From: Gordius albopunctatus
Lineage: Eukaryota
DNA: 64,000 nucleotides
Direction of reading: 5' to 3'
Assembly (NCBI GenBank): GCA_964276515.1
Contig: OZ193910.1
Span: forward strand, 1,736,001-1,800,000
Shown piece after piece: positions 52,596 to 64,000 of the stretch. The notes beneath the pieces are model-generated. The model saw nothing but the letters and a program-made list of their open reading frames with translations. It was not told the DNA's origin and made no database searches. The stretch's first letter is position 1. The number at the start of each line of letters is the position of its first letter. The position numbers were made by a program, and so were the translations under genes.

Positions 52596-55500
52596 ATGGA
52601 AATATTGCATGAGCCAAACCTTCATATGACTGTTGACGAGGAAGAGAAAAATTTTATACAAAAGTAATATATGAGAAATATATATATTATTTTTTATAGT
52701 TTAGACTTTAGCGCATTTGAATTTAATGGTAAAATATAAACAGCAAGATTTTACAAAATTTAGATGAAGATGATAATTTTAATTCTAAATTTCTTTTGAT
52801 CTTTACACCTTTTGAGCAAGTTAACATCAAAAACTTATTAAATACCGAATATGAATGGGAAAACAACGTTTTTGCTATAGATGCACTTAGTGAGAACAAA
52901 GGTAATACTTGCTACTCAAAAAGTATAGAGAGATTGTGAATTATTAAGTAAATTTGTATTTTATGGCACAAAAGTGCCTTAAAAATAGTTGATCATGTTA
53001 AAATGATAAAGTTTATTAAAATTACTTTTGCTTAATATAAAGGTCTATTTTTCATTTCTCATATATACAGATAGTTTGTTGGAAACATTAAAAAAAATTA
53101 AGATCATTTATGATTATATGGGATTGATAAGAAGAAAGGGGATTTAATTTTTTTAATTTAGGGGCCCATCCATATCATCTTTTAAACGAAGAAAAAATAT
53201 GATAAATATATATTATTATAGTTTTTAAGCATTTATCAAACAAAACATAATAGGCATACATTAATATTTAAATAATTAGAAAATTGCTTTTATATATGGC
53301 ATTATTACAATTACATGTTATTATTTATATGTGTTTAGTGATAGCCAAATTCAAAGATAAATCAAACGCAATAAATTTTTTGAGCAATTATTCTTCTGAG
53401 TTTAAATATGAACCACCTATTCAAAAAGAAATTGAGGGTAATTTTGTTTTAATAATCTTTTTATTGATTTGAATATTAAATTTTATATTTTTTATGCACA
53501 TATAATATATAGATGATAATCCTGAAAATCAAGATATATCCACATTCATTCCTAGACTTTTTAATCCCAAAGATGAAAAGTTATTGTTATCCACCAAATG
53601 GTACAAGTTATTTGAAGAACAACTGGACTCTTTATATCTATGCAGATTTGCTAAAAATAGTATATAAATGTTTTAATTTATAATCACTTAGATTTTGTAA
53701 GTTGAGAAAAAAATGTGATGATTGATGATACTAAAATTAAGTTATGACTATTAAATTTTTCATCTGTACAATGATGTCTTATTTATATTTTACATAATTT
53801 TTGGAAATTAATTGAGTATATCTTAAAATTATCTCTTCTATTGCTTTGAATTTAAATCACTTGAACCTTGACATAGTTGAAATACGTTTGGCAAATTTTA
53901 ACAAGCGTTTGGATCTGAGACACATTATATGCACCAAATCAAAGAGTGTTTCTAAAGTGAATGGAGGTGAAATTGGGGGCAGAACTCTAATTCCTTACAA
54001 TGAGATGGGTATGGGCATCGAATGGGTTGCCGGTTCAAATCTGGCAGACCTAGAATCTAGCATTTACAAGGAAAAGGGAGGTACGTAAAGAAAGAAATTT
54101 TTTGTATAAATAAAATGTTTATGGATACAAAAACAAACTTCATAGTGTTGGGTCAAGGGTTATGTATCTTGTTTATTTAAATTGGTTTGTTTTAATTTGG
54201 GCGCAAATTTAAATTTGCCTCGTGAGAGGTAAAATATATCAACAAAATAATATTTTTAAATCTTATATTTAAATAGTTTGAAGTGGTAGATCATTACAAA
54301 TTAAAACTATATATATATATATATATATATATTCATTTACTAAAATGGTTAATTTACAAGACTATATATTTCAAATTAATTGTGACCGATGTTGTAATCC
54401 TATTTATACGTAACACTATAATAAATCATTCAAATAAATTTAGTAACTAATAGTTTCATTAATTGCACTTTTTTCTCGCGTCCGGTAACAAAGTTTGAAA
54501 CGCTTTCGGGTCGGGTTGAAAAAAAGTAACTTTGCAGTTCTCTAACGTAGAGAGATGGGTTAGAGCAGCTTAAGAAAATAAATCAAAGTAAAGATAAAAT
54601 CCCTTTTTGGGGCTAATATGACTTGCCCATAGAACATTATTATCGAAAGAATCCAAGTTATATTACAATGCTTTCCTATTTATAACCTCAAAACTAATTT
54701 TTACACGTTTAAAGGCTATATATTTTTGGAAAAAATTTTGAGACAGTCTTTGCCAACTCTGATTAAAATGTCCCTACATAAAATATTTTGTACCCTCAGT
54801 TAAGGAACGAGCGAGTGACTCATCCTTGAATGCAGAGGAAATCTCTTACGAAGACCAAATGAACGTAGCTTACGAGAGTGTGGTGGCCAGGCGACGCAAC
54901 AATCATTCCCATAGGTACGTACAATCTAGTGCTAAGAGTATCAAGGAGGAGAGCTATATGATGGCAGATTTAGAGGAAGGTCGACCCAAAGCTCCAATAC
55001 CAAACTCTGGAACAAGCCTTAATCGTGGGTTAGAGATGTTTAAATTGTTTCGGGCTGTTACATTATGTATATATATCCACTAAATCCAAAAGTTTGTTAA
55101 AGTTTATCAAAATTATGGGGCTAAAATTTCAAAAAATAATCATTATTGCCCCCCCCCCCCCTCTAATTTCAATGCTGGCTATGCCCATCCTATTTAACAA
55201 TCTGTTGGTAATTCTATGGCCCTAAACTTTGCGTAGCGTTATTCTAGGTATTTTAAATGATACTTAATTATCTTGAAGCTATACATGACTTATTATTTGA
55301 ACTTTTGCCTAAATTGTTTTAATAATTTCTGAGGTTTGTTTTATCAGTTATATAGTTAATATCTTTTTAAAGCACTTAAGCCGGGTTGGGTCATTAACGC
55401 TTTCTACATATCCTTAAAAACTTCACGTTCCTTTGGATACAGGAGGCACAACAACTTTGGATACACGGCTCAGACTTTAGATCAAGAATTAGAGGATTAC

Positions 55501-56315
55501 CATTCCGAATTTAACAAGGACGAACCATCCCATCGTCAACTGGATGAAGACCAACTGACCCCCAACGAGCCTGTTGACGGAGTGGGCGGGACTGATCTCG
55601 ATGTTATCAAACGCAATTTGAGGTATGTCCCGTAATTATTATGAGATAATTTGCAAATTTTCTACCGTTCTTCAGGCGTTGACGAGTGGATTTTAAAGAA
55701 ATTTTCAAGTATTTTTGGGAAACACTTTTGTTTTTTCTTAGCGACAACACCAAACCAAGCATTAATTTACGCGTAACTTAAATAGAGTTAATTTAATACT
55801 ATCGGGGATCTACGGCAGTTTCCGCGAAAAGATTGAAAGTTGTTTTGTAATTATATGGCTTTCGAATTTGGATATCCCTTACCTTTGTTTTAGTGAAAAT
55901 AAACTTGTTAGCCATCCAAAAAATATAAGGCTTTAGAACTTAGATATCCCTTATCTCAATTATGTTGGCATTGCGTAAATTTATGAAACAATTACTTTAA
56001 GGGGCCCACAATTTTTGTCGAAACACTTGAATTCCCCTGGGAATCGTGACATCCGTGATTTTTTGTTTTTTATCTTTTCTTAGAATGGCACGTAAACGCA
56101 AGAATAGGGAACATTTGATTGATATGAACCCGGGGGGTAGGGCTTACAATTTAACACGGTCCGCTACGCCCCCACGTCAGTTAGAAAGTTTTTATGTGGA
56201 AGAGTGGGGTCCAAAAAGACCCCAATCGAGCAGAGATCAAAGATCTCGTTCTCCCTTGGAGCGTGTTGATAAAGATTTTGACCTTAGGCAAAAACTGGGA
56301 AGAAAAAGAATATGA
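52596..56315 (+). CDS. Uncharacterised multi-exon gene, weak resemblance to NCBP3 (RRM-like N-half, charged low-complexity C-half)
   Basis: Frame-consistent GT-AG exons: 52596-52663, 52700-52728, 52764-52901, 53071-(unresolved), 53339-53437, 53513-53659, 53877-54080, 54800-54914, 55443-55622 and 56084-56315. The 53071-53338 junction has no clean GT donor. Confidence 0.6.
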
Positions 56316-59300
56316 GAAATTGTTATACCCCCATCAATGCATTATATTATCTTTGTGTATATATTTATATGAAACGATTGTTTTGCAAATACGTTTTGCG
56401 GTTTTAATTGTATTGACACAATTATTTTTCGATACTGATTGTTTTCATTTTAGAAATTGTTTATTATTCAGGCGGTAAAAGAGTAGTTTCTTAAATTAAA
56501 TGATCTGTATAATGTCCTAAATGTTTATTACAGATTTGTTTAAGCCATTTCTCCGATGTTTTCCATTATTAACGTGAAAATGTTCATGCATGATTTTATA
56601 AATAGATCTAGATTATTAAATTTTAAATGAGTTATAATTTCAATTTTGAACTTGACAAACTGCATGGATTTTTCGTATTATTCCATTTATTATTGTTACA
56701 CACTTGCTTTTCCCTTGTATGGATCCATGTAGGTTTTAAGAACTATGTATAGCGCCTTTAACGTTTTATTATAAAAATATTTTAGTGTGCCACTTTTTAC
56801 AGCAATGTGGCTTGAAGACTAATTTTCTAATCAAATTGCTTGTAACAAAAAGACTGCAATCATTTTTTGTATTTTAAAGCAGCCTTGGAAATTTAGGCTT
56901 TAAAAGGCCTCCATTGCCTTTATTTAATGACACTTCTCTCTTGGACATTTGGTAAATTACCTTCTATGTTAAAACTGGTGAAATGAGTAAATAATAGTTG
57001 TATCATAGTAATGTAATGGGCGCGCCGAGGGGTCTGCTAGCAGCTAGAGTGATATTATAGTGTCCATAAAATAGCCACACCTGCATTTAAAGTGTCCTTT
57101 TCTTTTGATTACTTTACACGTTTTGTGGTGCAAACCGACTACCAGTAGGTATATTGATTTGTCATAGAGAAATATATGCTTAGGGGTTTTAGCTAGTTAT
57201 TGTCAATAACATTTAATATGAAATTATAAAAAAATAAAAATTAAATTTTTTATCTTGTATCTTGTCATTAAGTACAAGTTAAGAAAATTTCTAGAAAAGA
57301 AAAAATGAGGGTAATAGGGTTGACAAAAATTTGAAGTTCGAAATGAGGATTAATTTTTTATTAACTTCAATTGACCTTTAAAATATATAAAGATCTACAC
57401 TAGTACATATAGGGTACTGCGAATCGGTAGATAGTAAGGGGGCGTTCGTGATGACGCGCGAAGCGAAAAAAATCGAAGTGAATTTTTGGGCTAATTTATC
57501 AAACTTTTTCTTAATATCTTTATATTCATCGTGAAATTTATCATATATCACGAAAATAACAATTGTAAATAGGAGACGTTCCTAGTGAAACCACAGAATA
57601 TTATTTTCGCCCGCGACAAAAAGCGAACGAAAATACGATACAAATCATCTTGTACTTTAATAAATCCCCAAAACTAGAACTAAAGGATTTATTGACACTA
57701 TTTTAGCAATTTCCTAATCAAGATTTTAAACTGTGCAGGCTTCAAATTTATTTCTTTAAGCGACTGAAAAACCCGCGATAAAATGTATACGCGAGCGCGC
57801 GATAAAATCTCTTGTTTCTATAAATGTTACGTTTTCCCTTTTTTATTTTCCACCAAAAAGAAAATAAGTAATTCAAAATCAACGAGTGATCGCGAGCTAA
57901 TATATATTAATAATCGCTAAATCATGGTAATAAAAATATATCTGCGTGTAAGCGGGTTAAAAAGAATAATCGCTAAATCAGGGTAATTAAAAACGATAAA
58001 GATGGGTAATAATAAACGTATCTATTTTTATCATAGAGATGATACTAACAAATATGAATCATACACGGAACGCGTATAAGTGTATGTGTGGGGGGCGGGG
58101 GTGCTGAATGAATATATAAATTTTTGGATAGCGGACACCACATACTTTTTTGCATTTATATATATTTAATAACCACACAGACTTATAATGTCTACGAAGT
58201 AGTGGATATTAATAAAGCATCTTCAAATTCGCAACATTTACATCATTCTGTCTGATGTGATGATATTTTGAACGGGAGTTAATAAAAATAATTGAACGAG
58301 TTTGGCTAAACAATTTTTAGGCACCCTAGTGAATTGGTGCCTGCCGAACGATTGCCTCCAGTATTAAAATATATCATGAGTCTACTATGAGTTTGTTATG
58401 CTTACACTCATGTCATGGTACACCTCTGAAATTCTCAAGCCATAAATCACATGCATTGTTTTGCCATTTATTATATTACATCTCTTCATACTATAAAGTT
58501 AGGGTAAATTTCCTGTGTGATTATACACTACGCTCATAAGGTATCAAGCAAAAAATATTTTATGGCTAAATTAATTTACAATGGATTAAGTATAAATTTT
58601 GGGACATAAAATGGGGTATTACGTTATAATAAAATGGATTAAATTTTGAATGCAAAAGTATTTATTTGTGATAAAATTAATATGTGCAATTTATTGAAAA
58701 CCACAAAACTCTCATATTACTATTGCAATATCAAAAGCAGTTTATTGAAATTTTTACAACGCTATAATGGATGCAGCTAAATGCTTATGATAATGGGTGA
58801 TGTTAATGTGCTCACTGTGAGCTCTGCCCCCTCACACGCACTGTGTAGCCTACTCATGAGGCTTTTGACGTATCAGATGAAAATGCTCGAGAGGCGAAGG
58901 GGTAGTAGCGAAAACTAACTCGTGTATAGAGCTGTGTGTGAGCAACAGTAAAAGTTTACTCACCGATTCTATATGAGCAAGTAGTTTCTCTAAACTGCTC
59001 ATAGCATCTCATTTATAATAATGTGATAATCGTAAGTAGGATTTCCTCAAGGCAGGGGGTTTATAAAATTTTCAAAGTCAAATTTTGTTGTAACTATTTT
59101 TTTGATCAAAATGTTTTGTTCGCTAAAAGTTTGTAGTGACATTTGCGTAATATAAATAATACACTTAATAAGAATAATAATTTCTTCATTCTTTTTGTTC
59201 AATAACCTTGGATTGAGGCTTGAGTTCTTCTTTTGCTATCACCACTACTATGAATAATTTTGATTACTAGTTGATCACTAGAGCCGGGGTGTGGAAACTA

Positions 59301-60029
59301 CAGAACAAAGGATAAAGGTAATAATAAAAACATATGGTAATTACCAACTCGTATTTGGCCTAAAATATTAACATATATAATTATAGCAATCATATAATCC
59401 GTAGAAAATGATATACAAATATAAGTATTCACATATACGACAATACTAAAAGTAAAATTCCAACAAATATTTTTTTACAAATATACAATGTAAAAATTAT
59501 ATAATTTGAAAATCATGGAAGGGGTTCTAACCTAACCGCCCCCTCCCTACGCCTATGGCTATTTTTTATGAATTTATATTTTTTAGCGCAAATTTTTTTT
59601 GCAATTTTCTTTATATATATGCTTAAAATCTGTTTAATGATTTCAAAATTTACGCCTTTATACATGCCAAAAATATATTTTTTTGTTCTAAATATAAATT
59701 TTTGAATATTCTGTCTCACCCAGGGTCCGGGGCTAATAATTTTTTTGACATTTTAATATGATTTTATTTTATGGTTTTTTAAGCCAGGTTACAATGTAAT
59801 AGTTTTCTTAAAGGTGTGAATTTATTTTATTTGACAATCTGGCAAAAGATTTGAAAATTTATTGTTTAATACATGGCAAAAATATTTTTATTTTATTAGA
59901 TGTCTTATATCTCCTTTTTTAGTTGAAATTAAAGTATTTACACCAAATCAGCATATGATGAATGATTTTATTAAATTTCACCAAATGGACACATAAATTA
60001 CAACTAATATTATGTTATATTAACAGTTC

Positions 60030-60300
60030 CCCAAGACTTTACACACCTAATTTGTGTAATCGTATTTGAGGACAAACGATTTCTTCTATTCTAGCTGTAA
60101 AAATATTTCCTACCAAGGAAAACATTCGTTCACTCGGAACTGAAGTGGTGGACTGCCCAAATAGTCTTTAGCCATTTTGTGAGTGCGGGAAAGCGTGACT
60201 CATTCACTTTTATAATATTATCTAACAAAATTATGAAATTACAGATCTCTCCTCAGGAAATTGTAAAGAAATCTCCAAAAATTACCCATCTGTTAATGAA
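60030..60300 (-). mobile_element. hAT transposase C-terminal remnant
   Basis: Minus strand gives SRFPAL / MAKRLFGQSTTSVPSERMFSLVGNIF, frameshifted. Confidence 0.7.
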
Positions 60301-61439
60301 TTACTGTCCATAAAATTTTTTGGGTTAAGCGAGTTATAAAATGGGGAGAGAAGAAGAATAACAACGTTTCATGCTTTAAGAGATAGGGAAGAGGGGATAG
60401 GCGATATGTCAGATAACACATAAGTAATTAGCACATTTGCTGAGCAAAATGGATGAGCAACTTGCTCTCAGCAATTGCTCCTACAAACCTATTTTTATTT
60501 AAAGTTGTAAACAAGCTTATATTCCTATTGCTAGTATTTGCTGTTACAACTTAACCTCTCAAGCATTTTACCCCTCTTGATGACAAATGCGTCCAGGCAC
60601 ATATGCTAGCTATGTGTTTACGTCCAAGTCGGAGCATAAGAGCAACTATACATCTATAATGATAATGATAAAACATATCCATCTGTTCCATTCAGGATCT
60701 ATGACAGTATAATAAGCATGCGATAAACTCTTTGAGAACAAATGGATGACGGTTATACTAAAGGGTTAAAAATGTTGTCCTAAATAATTCATCTAAAGGT
60801 ATTTATTATTTTTTCCAACGCTAATAAAGTGTCCTAACGTTTAACTAAATAAGCGACATGTTTATAAAGGATTTTAATTATAAAGTGTTCGCTAATGTGA
60901 TTTTTTTTATAATTATAAAGGTAGAGAAAAAATCATATAATATAGAAAAAAATTTACATGTCGAGACATGTTGGGCTTCTCGTCTAGACGAGACCGAGAA
61001 TTTCATAGGCCGAGACCTAGACGAGATTTCGCTCTCGAGACATAGACGATATCGAAGCACAACAAATATATGAGAGAGTATTTAAGGATGACTATTCTAT
61101 AGGGGGCAATTGTGGTTTAATTAATTGCTAAAACAAATGGCTATAATGTGATAAATCAAGTGACAATTAGCCAATCTAACTTTTTTAAATATTTACGTAA
61201 AACAATGCTTCGACAAATAATTGTCATTGGTATTATTTAAAGTCATTAAAGGTATTTGGTTTGGCAGACACGTCCATTTAAACAAAATTTTAACAAAGCA
61301 ACATTATTTGATTAATTTTTGTTATTAATTTTAGTCATCTTCAGTATTAATTATATAGGCTTTTGTTGAGCCTTTTCAACGATAAGTCTGTTGAAATTGT
61401 GATTCGAAATCCAACCAAGGTGGTATTTTATAAATAGAA

Positions 61440-62230
61440 CATCCTTCATCTTTATCATGTATTGTGCCCCACATTCGTGAGGTTTGTTATAAGTGTCTTT
61501 CAACTTGATCGGGTAAGCGCCATGTCCTGTTCTATATTTTTTTTAATTTTCATCTTCTTCAATTCCTCGGTACCTTTATGTCCAAAATCTTTTAGTTTAC
61601 ATCATTCGTCTCCCCTAGTATATGACCATACTACATTAGCCTATTTTCGTTAAGCAAGTCCGCCATAGGGTGAATATTCATGCCCCTGTCATTTGCTATG
61701 AGGTCTGGCTTAGTATACCCTAAGCACCACCGTATTATCTTCATCTCCGTGGCTTGTAATAACACTTCTTCCGTTTCGTATTACCATTTGAGTTAAACTG
61801 GTCTTAAGATGGATTTGCTAGCTTTGCTCTTTAATCATATTGGCATCTTCCTATCGCATATTACACCCGATATACTCCTTTATTTAAGCGATCCTTTTTG
61901 AATCCATGCATTGATTTCTTTTCCGCAATCTCCATCCTGAAGTAGTATTGAGTTAGTTATGTAAAATTGTCCACTTTTGGGTACTTTAAATGGTTATCTA
62001 GCGATGGGTTGGATGTAACGTTCATCTTCCTTTGTACCGTTTTCAATTGTTGAACTTTAAACCATACCCAGCTAAGCGCTTTGACCACTTTTTGGCTTCT
62101 TCGAAAACTTTCTCCCTTGTCTCATCGTATAGTATTATATCATCGCCATATAGCATACACCATGACGATGGCTTTTAAATATCTCTCGTTATCTTATCCA
62201 TAATTATATTTAATAAAAAGGGACTTAAGT
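61440..62230 (-). mobile_element. 5'-truncated, decayed copy of the RTE family at 21828-24899
   Basis: Colinear with about 21840-22685 (LSPFLLNI..WCMLYGDD..KWSKRLAGYGLKV), with many substitutions and indels. Confidence 0.9.
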
Positions 62231-64000
62231 TGATTAACCATATGTAGATTTTTCTCTTTTCCCCATATGAATTTTTTAAAATTCATATGATTTTCTTATA
62301 AGCATCGTTAAGATTCAAGACGAGTAAATCGTCCTAACAATTTAATTGCATATCTGTGTAATAATTAACTAATAAACATTTTTATTCCATTGGTCACTTA
62401 GGGTTCAGGCACCTTTGCCAAAAAGGTCTTAATTTTTTTAAAGAGGTAAAAAGACATTCTCCCCCGTCTAAACTTTCGGTATTTATTATACTGAAACAAA
62501 ATTTTGGTATTCTTATAGCCAAATACAATTTTAAATCTTTCGTGGATTATTGGGCAATTTTGGAAGATCCTCTCGATGATGATATATCAGAAGAGTTTAT
62601 TTATATTATTTTATTTCACGCATTTTATTTTTTATATTTCATGCAATTTTTGTATATTACTGTCAACGGATTTTTAAAAAATAAACTTATAAAATGGATT
62701 TCAATAATCAATCATTTTCATTAATAATTATAATTCATTAACACTAATTTCCATGATAGGGTTATTGTCGTGGTTGTGTACCACGCAGTATATTGTACGT
62801 CTCCTTCCCCCCACCCTCCTACCTCGCTTTGTTAGACGTGCATTAATGCATACGCGTTGCCCATCCCCTCATCTCTCTCCCTCCTCGCTGTATGATTCGC
62901 ACATTAATGCCAAAATGCGTATCCCCCATCACCTCTCTCTCTACTCACTTTATTATAGGCGTACCAGTTCAGATCACGCGTGAACGATCGTACTGGAGAT
63001 CGCATCTTTCTTCTGTTCGTTTTGGAATCAGATTTTAGTTTCGCGTTTTCCATAAAATTATAATGAACAATATACGCGTTTCCCAACCACGACAGCTATT
63101 TAAGTTTTATAGCCCTTGCCACTCAGAAGTAAAATTATAAAAGTTGTGATTACAAACCACTTATTTGCATATTATTTGCGCCGCCACTTATAATAAATTA
63201 TCAACTCGCGCCGCCACTTAATTTGATGTTATATCCTTCCCTCGCACCACCACTAACCTATATGTATTTGACACATCTTATTTGCATGTTACTCTACTAT
63301 ATATATGTGGAATTTTATTTAAAAAATTAGATTTTTTTGGTTTGTTCGTGATCCTATTATTCCCCCATCCGCGATCCTATTATACCCCACTCCCCTATAA
63401 TAAATATGTGAAATGGTCCTAAAGATCAGTTATAAATAGAACAAACGTTTAAATACCAATAAAAATTTCGATTAAAAGGGGTTAGATAAGACTCTGACCA
63501 AATCATTCTTGTAGGCAAACAGTTTATGCATATATTTACATGCAACTTTTTGTTAAAGCTGCATAAATTTGATAATTATCATATGTTTATTAAACTTTTT
63601 GACTATATTATTTTAAATTTTTATTAACTTGTTAATCGTACGCGCACCATTTATACTGTCATCATAATATAAGCATACTCCCAAAAATGATAGGAATGTT
63701 ATGTAATAGTTTGTAGGAATTACGTATGCAAAAATCAGCGTAATTTTTTATAACCCATTTTTAAGAGAATCTATGCAAAATTTAAAAACTTCTATTTTAT
63801 TTTTAAATAAAAACTTGAATGGGATGCGTTTCGTAGTTATTATTTTTTATGAGGGTGTCATCAAGCGAGGTGCGATTCGAGTTTAATGGGGGATAATTCC
63901 GATATTTTCGAATTGGTATATTATAGTTATATTGTTTTTTTATCTTCTTGTTTATAAATAATCGCCTTACGTGCTTATTGTTTCAACTAGGTTATTATCA

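Noticed and set aside
56660..58800. Possible decayed coding or TE sequence
   Set aside because: Many stops and no identifiable domain, TIR pair or TSD.
62766..63092. 11-bp inverted repeat TGTCGTGGTTG/CAACCACGACA
   Set aside because: Too short, and no TSD found to support an element call.

Overview
This is an AT-rich, transposon-dense window from an animal (invertebrate-like) nuclear genome, not a prokaryotic one. Host genes: an intronless class A GPCR (7125-8213, -), an intronless alpha-carbonic anhydrase (16310-17248, -), a multi-exon reticulon (26153-33255, +), a 4-exon divergent class C (mGluR-like) GPCR (37540-46293, +), and an uncharacterised spliced gene with weak NCBP3-like motifs (about 52596-56315, +). 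There is also an unprocessed H2A.Z pseudogene with 33-40 nt introns (4278-4775). The rest is mostly nested mobile DNA: hAT elements and MITEs with 8-bp TSDs, a CACTA/Chapaev3-like long-TIR element, a pogo/Tigger-like MITE, CATAGAC-ended MITEs, a Helitron/HINE-like element, a 2.3-kb foldback, two RTE LINE families, and CRE, MULE and gypsy remnants. Best leads: (1) an HDV-like nested pseudoknot starting exactly at the 5' end of a TSD-bounded RTE element; (2) CATAGAC MITEs inserted serially at each other's ends; (3) the same in-frame TAA in two diverged RTE copies; (4) very short introns shared by host and transposase genes; (5) an extra 33-nt reticulon exon and an alternative last acceptor. All family assignments come from motif recognition by eye; no database searches were run.
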